From assembly GCF_006345805.1 (NCBI RefSeq), contig NC_043003.1:4216001-4280000 (forward strand): DNA of 64,000 nt, in the 5' to 3' direction. A program made the translations under genes and the position numbers. This document shows, in pieces, positions 11,947 through 24,558 of this stretch. The stretch is from Octopus sinensis (lineage: Eukaryota). The notes below the pieces were generated by a model. It was not told the DNA's origin. It was given only the letters and a program-made list of their open reading frames with translations, and did no database searches. Position 1 is the first letter of the stretch, and every line of letters starts with the position of its first letter.

Positions 11947-12802
11947 AAGTCTATTACATCAACCCCGTTGTTCAACTAGTACTTATGTTACTGACCCCGA
12001 ACGGATAAAAGACAAAGTTGACCTCGGCGGCATTTGACCTCAATTGGTTGCTAATATTACTCTCTGTGTGGAAAACCTACAGTTGATGTCAGGATCTTGC
12101 AGGCACCTTCTGATATTGTTTTCCAGCTTTTTGGTTTAAGTCCTGTACTATATTCTTTGTTCTCAGCACCTTTGTATGATACATTTTCATTAATACATAA
12201 GTATTTGTAACCCTCATTATGTGGAATGGGGGAAAACAGTGACCTTTGATGTAGAAACAAGTATTTTAGCTTACAGTAATAACTTTTAGTAACAATGAAC
12301 GGGGCAAAAGGATCGCAAACCTTATCCCTTAATGGAGACAGTAGAACATTAAATTGCTCGGCAACTCACTACACTATTTTCGTGAAGCTCCTAGAAGAAT
12401 TGGCTGAGACATATTGTGTAAAGTTTGGCCATAATGTATAAGACAGTAAGTAATAGCGAGTCAGTGTTGTCTTTTTTGGCTGATAAGATTTGCCTCTGTT
12501 GTGGAAGGCAAGTGAATATATTACGCCAATCTGGTCTGCTTTAGGTGTTTGTGTTAACGAGATATTGCATTAAGAAAACCAACAAGATTCATTGAAATTT
12601 CTATGTTCCTATCTGCATACATATATACACGGGGTTATTTCTATATTTCCGCTGACAGCATTGAGACCAAACCACCGTAACTGGTCGATTTATATCGGGT
12701 GAGATGGGAAAATATACAATGTGATTGCAAGATGGTGGACGAATAGTGTCGCTGCTATAACTGATGCGACTGGAATAACTGTTGGCAGCTGTTCAAAGAG
12801 AA

Positions 12803-13200
12803 TCTTTATATATAAAAGTAAGGTTGTGTGCTGTCTGTCTCCTACGATTTAGATTCCTAACTACTCCCACATTTTGCGGTGCAGTTTAACCAAAAGCGGG
12901 TATCTTATAGTCGTCATTCATATCGAGCCCTTCTGGGTGTTAGCGCGCGTCTACGATGAGTCTACGATTTAAAAAAAATTTACCATCATTTTTTTCCATT
13001 TTAATGCATTTTTTTGCTATTATATAAGGGAAGTAACTCTCTAAAAATGTCTACGATGAGTCAACGATTTAAAAAAAATTTACCATAATTTTTTTTCCAT
13101 TTTTAATGCATTTTTTGCTATTTTTTGGCTATAACTCTCTAAAAATGCTTATATAGTTATTTCCCTTACAAACCCGAGCAACGCCGGGCGATACTGCTAG
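12803..13200 (+). mobile_element. Non-autonomous Helitron, copy 1
   Basis: A|TC 5' end, subterminal hairpin CCCG-AGCAACGC-CGGG, CTAG|T 3' end, no TSD, internal ~95-bp tandem duplication. Four copies in the window. Confidence 0.85.
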
Positions 13201-13959
13201 TTTGTTCATAAATTCAAAGTGAAAGTCATTGGTGCATAGGTTTGTGTCAGCAGTTGTAAAAGCAGTCACCGTTTTTAAGCGGTGAAATACGCAACTCGAA
13301 ATAATCCGTAATATCGAGGTGCCGTGTTGTTAATCATAAGTCAACTGCACAACTGGAATGGCAATTAGTCTATATGAGTGTTGTATAAAGCTTAACGAAA
13401 GAGCAGTGGATCACGTTACTGGTCACGTGAGTGACTGTGGATTAATTTGGGGAAAAGCAAAAAGACTTGAGAAGCAAGAACTGCCAAGAGAATCTATCTT
13501 CCGATCAGTTCATTCCAGGAACGAATGTTTTTTGAACTGAATTTGTCCTCAGTTCGGAGTCACGAACAGGTGAGACCTCAGCTACACATAACCTTAAATA
13601 TTTCAATACAAAAGAAATCACGTGTCAGCTATTTTATGGGAAGACTTCACTCACATTTTGCTGCTATGAAATGCTTCTATATGCTGCTGCTGCTGCTGCT
13701 ACCCATAATTCAGTTACAAAAACGTTACTTGATTTTAAACGTTAAACGTGGAATATGTGAAGCGGTTGTCTGTCCTCATCAAGAATAGGACAATACTCCG
13801 CCTAATATATAATATAAAGTTCCTCATCCCAGAAATATACAATTATTTTTATTAAACGTTTCCCTAATTAAAGAAAGAAAAGTTATTGATTTGGGCTTTG
13901 ATACATCGATATAATCGCGGAGGAAAAGCATTTTAGGCGGCCATCTTTTGTATGTGTGT

Positions 13960-14160
13960 TACTCAAGAAAGAAAATGGAGGCTGCAGCAACCAAAGCCTC
14001 CATTACGGATCCGTTGTGAACTTTGCAACAGACGCCTCCATGCAAGAATCGACCTCATTTGTCATCAGAGGCATAAACACGGACAGAGGAGGGGAAGAAC
14101 TGGTCAAGAAGAAGCCAAATAGATTATCGGGCACACGATAAAATGTCGCTGCCGTCGAGG
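13960..14160 (+). mobile_element. RTE-type LINE 3' relic
   Basis: Encodes CELCNRRLHARIDLICHQRHKH from 14015, a C2H2-like C-terminal finger of the kind seen in RTE ORF2. Confidence 0.5.
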
Positions 14161-14660
14161 ACTCGTGTGTGCGTGCGTGCGTGCGTGTGTGCGTGCGTGT
14201 GTGCGTGTCATTTGCATTAGCTTTCTCGTTAAATATGTTCGGGGACAACGGCAATTTCTTGCCTTTGTCAATGCATAAGAGAACATCACAAGTTACAAGG
14301 TCACATGTAAGGATAGTGCTCCAGCGTGGTCTTACTTAACATAATTAAAAACAAAGCATAGTATTATTGGAACATATTTCCCTTTTTTCTTCCCCGCACA
14401 CATTAGGATTTGTCGTAGTAAAAGATATGTACTTTATGACATATCGTAACTGATTCAATTACCTCTGCAGAATTATTTTCTCAAATTTCACTAAATTCAC
14501 GCCGTGATTAATGCGTTTTGATGAAACTTTAGTCTTCCACCAACTCCAAGTCTCTCCTCCCTTCCTCGTCTCACAGCACTGACCGTGTGAAATATTTTAC
14601 TTCATAAACTCTACCAGAGTCAACATAAAATGTGACCAGAAATACAAGTTGATATATATA

Positions 14661-14894
14661 TATTTCTTTACTACCCACAAGGGGCTAAACATAGAGGGGA
14701 CACACAAGGACAGACAAAGGGATTAAGTTGATTACATCGACCCCAGTGCGTAACTGGTACTTAATTTATCGACCCCGAAAGGATGAAAGGCAAAGTCGAC
14801 CTCGGCGGAATTTGAACCCAGGACGAAATACGGCAGACGAAATACGGCTACGCATATCGCCCGGCGCGCTAACGTTTCTGTCAGCTCGCCGCCT
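14661..14894 (-). mobile_element. SINE family A
   Basis: Reverse complement of 40023-40260. Confidence 0.85.
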
Positions 14895-16364
14895 TTTGAT
14901 ATATAATTTCACAATATTTCATAACTGTTGTCGCTTCATGTCGAATATGGTTGCCTAGATTCTGACAATTAGCCGAGTAGGTTTCTGCTGCTGTTTACAA
15001 AAGGGCGAAGAGGTCGTTGGAACCTCGGTAGTGAACGGTATAAACAATGGCTTAGGAAGACACTGGACATCATTAAGAATATACTTAGCAGATGGTATTT
15101 TTTATGAACCAGAGATTATGTGGAATTTATAATGAATATTTTTATATATATTATATTATCTTCGATCGCATTACTTACATAGATGTATTTGTATAAGAAA
15201 CCTAACTTGCAAAACTGGCTCTGAATTCTATAGAAAACCTAGAAAGATAAATTTAAATATATTACAGGTTTTTTTTTTATCGAATTGTATATATAAAGAA
15301 AGTTACTGTTAGATTGACCAATCGTTCAGTACTTTTTAGAATTATTTAGAATTATTGCGAAAGAAATCAAAGAAAACACTCCAAAATATTCAAATGGTAC
15401 CTGGACAAATTCGACCAAGAGTTCGCAGAGAAACCGACAACACACCAATACAATTCAGCAGATGGCACCAACTACTCCAGGGGTCTAAGGGACCCTAAAT
15501 CATGATTTAGAAACTGGAGACTTTTAAATAACACATGGCCTGGGACAGAAACAGCAAAAACCTGAATTTCTTTACACACACACACACACACAAAAAGGAA
15601 TTCTTGGCCTGGGACTATTGTAGAGTATATCCGATGTTCTATGCAGTGGAATTTTATACGCAACCGACGTGATTCCGAAGCTAACTTGTTCACCACATAG
15701 CTATGCGTATGTCTATGTACAGATATTACATATATAGATTCGTCGGCAAAATGACGATAGATACCTCATTATTTTGAATCACTTCTCCCTAAACCGTTAA
15801 AAAGCATTGCTGCAGTTACTTTCTTCCATACTACTCCTGTCATGAACGTTCTAACAGAAACTTCTAGATATCGTCCGCCTCCCTTATAATACACAAAACA
15901 TTTTTCAAGAAAATGCTTTTTCAATTGGAATTCTGAGTTTCTCGTTATCGATTATTCAAACGACTGAAACAGTGTGAGAATATGTCACAAAAGATATTCG
16001 TAAATACTAGAAATGTGATTAATCAACGGCAAATAGAGATTTGATTGATTACAGAAAAAAAATAACTCCTTAGAAAATGCGTCACTTAGTCATTATTCAG
16101 GTGATATGCACTTAGCGTGGCTTTTACTATAATTGTTTTCTTGTCTTTAGTATCATGTGTGTAGAACACACGTAAGCAAGAAAAAGGCTATTTTCATGGA
16201 AGCCTTTGAGTTCATAAATTATTAAACGTTTTTTAAGCCTATAACTATGTATGCATAGGCGAAAGCATGGTTGTGCAGTACTTTGGACAAGTGTTTTCTA
16301 CCATACACATGGATCGACCAATGCCTTGTAAATGAATTTAACTGACAGAAGTTGTGTGGCATAT

Positions 16365-16720
16365 GTATGTATGTATGTGTGTATGTGTGTATGTATGTAT
16401 GTATGTATGTATGTATGTGTGTATGTATGTGTGTATGTGTGTATGTATGTATGTGTGTATGTATGTATGTGTGTATGTGTGTGTGTGTGTGTGTGTGTGT
16501 ATACACGTGTCCCGTGAGTGTGTTTGTTTCTTCATCGCTCGAACAACGGTGCTTGTTTGTTTATGTCTCCGTAACATAGCGGTTCGGTAAAAGGGGCTAA
16601 TAGAATGAACACTACGCTTAAAAAAAGTTCAGGGGTCGACGATTTGTTGGACTAAAATCCTTCAAGGTGGTGTTCCAGCATGGCCACTGTCTAATGACCG
16701 AAGCCAGTAAAAGATACGAG
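16365..16720 (+). mobile_element. SINE family B 3' half with expanded internal (TATG/TG)n microsatellite
   Basis: TAGCGGTTCGGTAAAAG...GGTGGTGTTCCAGCATGGCCACTGTC after the microsatellite at 16365-16500. Confidence 0.65.
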
Positions 16721-16807
16721 ATTCATCCAAATCATGTATTCTTCACTTTTTTGAGAACTGTTTTTACCAGAACCAGACGAAATAAAATAAACAAAATCTT
16801 GTCTAAA

Positions 16808-16838
<31 letters not shown>

Positions 16839-17217
16839 CAAAGAAAAACGTTTATTTGAAAGTATTTCGAATATTTCTGAATTCTTTTCAAAACGGCGAT
16901 TCTTCTGGCTCTCCATTCCGCGACGTCTGCTAGAATCTATATTGCCACTGTCGTCACGGCAGGACTTATTTATCTTCAAATGGTCTACGTGAGGTGTTAA
17001 ACGCTCTTCTATTTACACATATGAGAAATCGAGACTCCACATATTGCTACATCATAAGTCCCGTTCTTATACCACCACCACCACCACCACTATAAGCAGC
17101 AGCAGCAGCAGCAGCAGCACCGCCACCGCCACCACCACCACCACCACCTCCTCGTTTTCTCTTCCCGAAATGCCTATTGCATTCACCGCACCAACTGTTA
17201 AAGCCATCATTGCATTT

Positions 17218-17278
17218 TAATAATAATAATAATAATAATAATAACAATGACAATAATAATAATAATAATAATAATAAC

Positions 17279-17328
<50 letters not shown>

Positions 17329-17383
17329 TGACAATAATAATAATAATAATAATAATAACAATGATAATAATAATAACAATGAC

Positions 17384-17415
<32 letters not shown>

Positions 17416-17419
17416 TGGC

Positions 17420-17468
<49 letters not shown>

Positions 17469-17498
17469 GAAAAAGTCAAACAGAATAATAATAATAAC

Positions 17499-17548
<50 letters not shown>
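17218..17548. repeat. Long interrupted (AAT)n microsatellite
   Basis: Direct reading; AAC and GAC interruptions. Confidence 0.95.
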
Positions 17549-17549
<1 letters not shown>

Positions 17550-17747
17550 GCAGCATCTTTTGTGATGGTAGATATTTTTAAAGTATTTCACCATGTTGGA
17601 TGTTAAGACTTTCTTTCCACATTGTTTGATACTTTTTTTTAAAAAATTGCGAAATAGAGGGAAAAATTAAATGAAAACACAATCCGTTATCAAAGGGAGT
17701 CACTAAGCAACGCTTCGTTACACAATGGAATTTAGTTTGTTGCTTCG

Positions 17748-17784
<37 letters not shown>

Positions 17785-18348
17785 GTGTTGTTGTTGATGA
17801 CGATGATGATGTTGATACTGTTGATGGTACTATTACTGTTTTTCATGTTGTTGTCATTGTTAAAATTCTTATTGTTAATGGCGGACTTCTTGTTATTGAT
17901 GTCACCATTGCTGTTGTTGTTATTATTGTTATTGTTGCTACTATTATTGTTGTTGCTATTATTGTTGTTGTTGTGTTTCTGAATGCCATCATTGCCGTTG
18001 TTATTGTTACAAGAAAACCTCGTACAGAAGCTGTCTATAATGTTTGTGCGAGCATCTTCAGTGTTGAGATTGTCTGGTCTTCGTCCTCCTTCTTAAACCC
18101 TGTTGTTGTCAAAGTGCAGGGCATACTGAGAAATACTTACCACCCAACTCATTCTGCGCATGAGCAGCAGCAGCAGCAGCAACAAGACGATAATTTCCTT
18201 ACTAGTTTCAACGTGTATTTTTGCTATCTTTTGTAACCGTCCTCAGAAACTATTGTGTTGAGAAGCGGAAGACGTTGAGAGTGAAATCTGCTTAGTTCTG
18301 TAAACAATTACAAACGGGAGTTTTAAACAGATTTTGTGACTCAGCTTT

Positions 18349-18757
18349 GGATGGAAGCACTCCGTCGGTTACGACGACGAGGGTTCCGGTTGATCCTAAT
18401 CAACGGAACAGCCTGCTCGTGAAATTAACGTGTAAGTGGCTGAGCATTCTACACACACACACACACACACAGACACGTGTACCCTTAACGTAGTTCTCGG
18501 GGATATTCAGCGTGACACAGCGAGTGACAAGGCCGGCCCTTTGAAATACAGGTACAACAGAAACAGGAAGTAAGAGTGAGAGAAAGTTGTGGTGAAAGAG
18601 TACAGCCGGGATCACCACCATCCTCTGCCGGAGCCTCGTGGAGCTTTTAGGTGTTTTCGCTCAATAAACACTCACAACGCCCGGTCTGGGAATCGAAACC
18701 GCGATCCTATGACCGCGGGTCCGATGCCCTAACCACTGGGCCATTGCGCCTCCACGG
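18349..18757 (-). mobile_element. SINE family C (head C + tail 1), full length, 9-bp TSD CTCAGCTTT
   Basis: TSD at 18340-18348 and 18758-18766. Reverse complement of 46126-46500. Confidence 0.9.
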
Positions 18758-19028
18758 CTCAGCTTTACATCGTATTCGAACGTCTCAAGATTTTAACCAG
18801 GCCAATAGGAAAAAAAACCTGAGCAGTGAATTATGGAAACATGTTCAAAGCAGCCTAAAATAGCCGGAACACAGTTGTCGAAACGTTGGTCCTTCGGCTC
18901 GGTAACGTCATTCATGGTTAGTAGTGTGGCTGTCCTCGTTGTCTCTAAGGATAATTTCTCCTCTTGAGACTGCTTGTGCAGCGTATTGTCTTTCCATGTT
19001 CGAATGTAGACGAACGTGTTAAATAATA

Positions 19029-19384
19029 TCTTTATATATAAAAGTGAAGTTGTGTGTCTGTCTCCTACGATTTAGATTCCTAACTACTCCCACATTTTGC
19101 GGTGCAGTGTAACCAAAACCAGGTATCTTATAGTCGTCATTCATATCGAGCCCTTCTGGGTATTAGCGCGCGTCTACGATGAGTCTACGATTAAAAAAAA
19201 ATTTACCATAATTTTTTTCCATTTTAATGCATTTTTTTCGCTATTATATAAGGGAAGTAACTCTTTAAAAATATCTACGATGAGTCAACGATTTAAAAAA
19301 AAATTACCATAATTTTTTTTGCTATTTAATGCTTATATAGTTATTTCCCTTACAAACCCGAGCAACGCCGGGCGATACTGCTAG
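19029..19384 (+). mobile_element. Non-autonomous Helitron, copy 2 (internal deletion)
   Basis: A|TC...hairpin...CTAG|T termini, same as copy 1. Confidence 0.85.
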
Positions 19385-19835
19385 TTGTACATAAATTCAT
19401 TCAACACTGATAAGTTTATCTATAACTGTTTTAGCCCCGAGTGGACAACGGGGGAGGTGAAGCGACTTTTCTGGTATGTTACCAATATTTAGCACCATGG
19501 GGCTTTCAATGGAGACCAATATGACCTAAATATTGGAACTGGTACCTCCTTTATGGATAACCTATGCATCTTGGTTTCTTCTCGGTGGACCTGCAAAATG
19601 TAAGTTCTCTTCCTCCTCTGACTAATCCATTTAAATAAATCAAGCTCCCCTTTAATAACTGTGCCTTTGTGTGCCACCGTGCCAGCTCCCTTTGAGCGTC
19701 ACCGTATTAAGGTTTAAGTCCGCGAGTGTGTTCAAATATGAAATATCCTCGTTGAATATATTAAGTGTATATCTGCCTCGTCAAAACATGTAGACTTCAT
19801 TTGGTCCCAGTCAACAGTTGGTATTATTTATTTAG

Positions 19836-20035
19836 CAAGGTAGCGAGCAGGCAGAAACGTTAGCGCGTCGCACAAAATGCTTAGCGGCATTTTGAGATCG
19901 AATCCTACCGAGGTCATCTTTGCTTTTCATCCTTTCGGAATCGATAAAGTACCTATCAAGTACTGGAGTCGATGTAATCGACTGAACTCCACCCCACCCC
20001 TACAAATTCCGAGGTTTATGTCTATATTAGAAATA
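19836..20035 (+). mobile_element. Diverged SINE family A (alternative tail)
   Basis: A-type head and core (GAGGTCATCTTTGCTTTTCATCCTTTCGGAATCGAT). Confidence 0.6.
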
Positions 20036-21610
20036 TTTATTTGACAAGAGATTCTGACGCAGAAAGGATAAAGTCAAATGGAGAAACTTTGGGAAACAGC
20101 TGATAACTCTTACTCAAAGACATTCTAAATGTCTATGGCAGCATGAAGTATGTTTCCTCAGTGCTACCATACATAATTTAAGGTTTATGGTAGCGTTCAA
20201 TATGCTTGGTCAGTGCTGTCATACACAATGCTTATCTAAGCATATATCTTTCAATGCTAACAATCACATTTTAATGTGTATGGAAGCACCGAACGTTTGA
20301 TACATCACTGCTCCAATAAGTACTTACAAGGAGATTCAGTGACGCAGATCGCCACAAGTTTCTATTGCGCCCTTTATCTGCATCGAAGTCAGACATCTGT
20401 TTCTCTGTCATTTGGGTAAAAGACATGAACTTATTAACGTCTCTATATTCTCAAGATACTTTATAAGACATTACACCCGAGTGTATATATAATAAAATAA
20501 AAACTCGCGTGCTGCTGTCATCAGCGGATAACATAGAGGAAGTCTCGACAGAAATACTAGGACTTCTATACGAGGTCACCGAACAATAGAAATTCCCTCA
20601 AGGAAGTGACGGAAGGAAACGAAAATATCCAGAATTCTGATGCAATCTCTGCTTATTGAAAAAGACTCTACAGACACATTTTTTTAAATGAAGATAAAAC
20701 AAGACAATTTAAAATCAAATTAGTGAAATGATAATTATGTGGATGATTAAAATATAGATCTATCAAATTTAACAAATTTAAAGTTCAGATTTTGAGCCTT
20801 TAATTAAAGGGCTTTAAACAGCTGTAAGCACAGTAATCTCTCGCCATATCACGGTTTATTATTTAAGCTTACGCCAATCCTTCCGTGGTGTTGTTTTGCA
20901 TTTATAATTAAATAAATATATACAAGTTATAGAAATAATTTTTAAAAAAAATATACAATGCTCTGCTCTTTCTACTTCATGGATTTTCACTTACCGCGAG
21001 TTTGTTTGTTTATTTCGGGATGTAACCTCCGCGATAGTCGAGCGGTTATCGTGCATCTCGCCATTGTTTTCGTACATAGAAAGATATTGTTAAGACAAGT
21101 ATCACGTTTTGTTGACCATTCACCAGCTGACAAGTACCACGCTTCCTCATTTTTCTGCTCAAGGAGAGGCCTTTTGACACCAAATAGCTATTTGAGTCAG
21201 AGGCAACCTAGAATTTCACTGAAATTACTAAATTCAATAAGAGATTGGGAGGCTGTTGGCGGCGCTGGCGGTGGCTGTGACCGTCTCGTCAGATATAAAA
21301 AGGAATATTTTCACACTGCACGGCTTACGTCAGAAAACTCCTCGTAAATAATATTAACAATGAGTTTGATAAACATGAAACTAAACAATATTTAGAGCAG
21401 AAAATATAATACAATGTGCGCGCGTGCGCGATACACAGTTCATATATTTTCTAGAATAAACCTAACCATGTCAATCAACCATTTCAGTGTCTTATAAGTT
21501 TCTGTATTTAAGTACCATTTCCTAAACATACATAGAAACACACACACAGACACACACACACACACACAACTGCATCTGTCTGTCTGTCTGTCTGTCTAGC
21601 TACCTGTGTA

Positions 21611-24558
21611 TCTAGCTTAGCCATAGATAGAAATAGAGTAGAGGGTGAGCTAGTTAAGAAGCTAGAAGAGGCAATTAGAAGCGGCATCGCATCCGACGTT
21701 TTGGCGGCGAGGTTGGCCCTCGACCAACACTTCAACGCCAAACACGAAGGATGTGCTGTCAGAGCTAGGATGCGTGCTCTAAGGAACGAAGGTGTTGGAG
21801 CCGCGAGAGAGGCCCGGGTGGCAGAGGCGCAACAGGGCAACAAAGCCACCATTCGGTCACTGGTAGATGAACAGGGGCGCGAATTGCTCGAGCCAAGTAA
21901 AATGTGTGAGGCCTTTCAGCAGCATTTTGCCCGACTGTTCGGAACGAGTGGAGGGCAAGAACGTAGGGTGGACTTCAGTGCCTACCTATATAGCCTACCA
22001 CGACTCTCGACAAGAAAGGCAGGGTGCTGCGAAGGTGCCATCACGGCGGCGGAAGTGCGGGAAGCGATGGCAGAATGCTCGAGGGACAAATCACCGGGTT
22101 TGGATGGTCTACCCTACGAGCTTTACAATTGTATGCCAGACTTGTTTGGAGATCTCTTGGCGGCGGTGTACTGCAACTGGCAGCAAAACGGGAGCATTCC
22201 TGGTTTTGTGAGCCGAGGAGCCGTAACACTGCTGAAGAAAGATCTAAACAAGGGAAATGTAATAGATAACTTTAGGCCCATCACTCTGCTTAATGCAGAC
22301 TTGAAAATTTTGGCCAAGGTGCTAGCCAAGAGGTTGGCGCTTGTCATCGAGAAACTGGTCGACAAGGCGCAAACATGCGCCGTGCCAGGCCGGACCATCC
22401 ATGACACCTCCATCTGATGCGCTACATCATAGACAGGGTAGTTAACGAACCTGGCATGGGTGGGGCCCTGATCAACTTGGATCAATCAAAAGCCTTTGAT
22501 AGGGTAGACCATCGATACTTGGAGGCAGTCCTGAGAGCGGCTGGTTTCGGTCCCGTCTTCCGCGGCTGGATAGCTGCCTTGTACAGAGGCATCCGTTCGG
22601 TAATTCGCGTAAATGGACATCTATCGAGACCTTTCGACATTGCACGTTCGGTCCGTCAGGGATGCCCCCTCTCGGCGCTTCTATACGTATTGACTCTTGA
22701 GCCACTACTACTGGAAGCTGGCGACTCTAAGGGCATCCCGCGAGAATTGGGATGGGGACGAGCGTGTCTGCATACGCGGACGACGTCACCGTCATAGTGT
22801 CTAGCCACGAGCACATCGAGCTGGTCGGCGAGACACTGAAAAACTACGAAGCGGTGACAGGAGCGAAAATCAACACGGGAAAAGTCAGTGGGCTTGCGAC
22901 TAGGCACCTGGAGAAGCAAGCCCATGCCGTCCACCAGCGCCTCCGTCGTGGGACGCTGGACCGACGGCCCGGTTGAGTTGCTCGGGGTCTGGTTTGGTCC
23001 GGACCTCCAAGTGGAAAGAACTGGAACGAGATAACGAGTAGGGTGGTCACTCTCGCCCGGCAATGGGCCGAGAGGAAACTGTCCCTAAAAGGTCGAGCGG
23101 AGGTGGCGACACGTACATCGCGTCCGTCATCTACTACTACCGCCTGACCGTCGTACCTTGTCCCGACCCTACCATCACCAAACTACAACGCATCCTCTTT
23201 CGCTTCTTGTGGAAAGGATGCGTCCCGATGGTCAGGCGATCCATTTGCTGTCAACACCCGTTAAAAGGAGGGCTGGCATGCCGTGGTTGATGATGCGCAG
23301 ACACGCGCTGAGACTGCGACATCTCTGGCTCTATGTAGACGACGGTGAACAGGTGTGGTCGCCGTTTGTGAGGCACGCTTTCCCGCAGCTCGTCTCCATG
23401 ACCGAACTGCAGTCGTGGATCAAAAAGAGGCCGAGGAAGGGCGAATGGCACCGCGAGTGTCGCGTTGCTCTCAAGCAACTCTGCCGTCCTGGGTCGACCT
23501 TAAGTGACTTCAACACACCCAAAGCATTCTATAGGGGTTTAGTGGAGGGAGGTACGACGACGAGCTCGGGGCGAACCTGGACGTCGACGAGGAGTACCTG
23601 ACCCGCCTGTTCGGGACGACTTTCGGCCAGGGCCCATGGACAACTTCCAGAGATCCCTGGCCTGGCAGTGCTACCGAGAAGCGCTACCCGTTCGGATAAG
23701 CTCTAACAGACACGGCTCGAGAACACGGGGCCGACCTGCCCGAGATGCGGTCAGAGCGACGAAACCGTTCTGCACGCACTCGTTCAGTGTCCAACAATTT
23801 CCGACCTGTGGGCTTATGTCGAACAACTGCTGTCACGTGTGGGACGAGTCGGTTTATCAGCTGAGTCTATCGTCAATATTGTCACGCCTCCTTCCTTCAA
23901 ACGGGAAGGAAGAGCTATTTTCATCATCCTTGTGGCTATGGCGAAAGAATGTATCTGGTGGACGCGTCTGAAAGGATTGGAGACAAACACTTTCCTCTCT
24001 GGTCAATCTCTCATCAACTTCTTCAAGTACCACTTGAAAAGGAAAGTGAGAGTAGAGAGGCAAGTTTTGTCTAGCGAATGTTTTAAAAAAAGATGGGTGA
24101 ATGTAGCAAGAATGGCACGTATGAATGACGAAGCCACCTTGAGCATAGTCCTATGAACCCAGAAATCGAAAACAGAGAGTTGCTTATTTGCAAAAAAAAA
24201 AAAAAAAAAAGAAATATAAAATGTGACTTCATTGACCGAGGTTACCGTGGTCTTTTCCGCAGGCTTTTCTTTCCACGGGTAAACCTCACCTGTCCTCCCC
24301 TTTACACTTCATATTGACATTTCTGTGATAACGATCCCTATTGATCATTTTTTTTCCTCTCCCCCCCTTTTTTCCTCTCCCCCCCTTTTTTTTTTTTTTT
24401 TTTTAACCCCCCCTTATTTTGTCATCTTTCTCTCCTTTTACGATCCCTTTTGATCGAACCCCCCCTTCCTTTTTTTTTTTTTTAATACCTTCAAAAGAAA
24501 AGTTCTACCTTGTAATTTGTTCTATCTGTGTGCAGCCCTGTGTGGCTAATAAAGAAAC
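21611..24558 (+). mobile_element. Tx1/L1-clade LINE, 5'-truncated and frameshifted
   Basis: RT and zinc knuckle spread over several frames, stop at 24154-24156, ~400-bp 3' UTR, AATAAA at 24548-24553. Flanked 5' by (TCTG)n and 3' by a TCTR-derived satellite. Confidence 0.85.
21620..24156 (+). pseudogene. Tx1/L1-type ORF2 (RT and CCHC-like knuckle) broken by multiple 1-bp indels
   Basis: PGLDGLPYELY, NFRPITLLNADLKILAKVLAKRL, NLDQSKAFDRVDH, SVRQGCPLSALLY, SAYADDVT, CPRCGQSDETVLHALVQC (~23736-23790). Confidence 0.85.

Noticed and set aside
17047-17606. Poly-Asn/Ile/Leu/Tyr ORFs
   Set aside because: Translations of (AAT)n.
18000-18140. Short minus-strand frame MPCTLTTTGFKKEDEDQ as an exon
   Set aside because: It stops after 29 codons and is embedded in simple repeats; likely a retroelement scrap.
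24192-24210. Poly(A) as the 3' end of the Tx1 element
   Set aside because: Complex sequence continues to an AATAAA at 24548 just before the satellite, so the A-run is more likely internal to the 3' UTR. Not proven.
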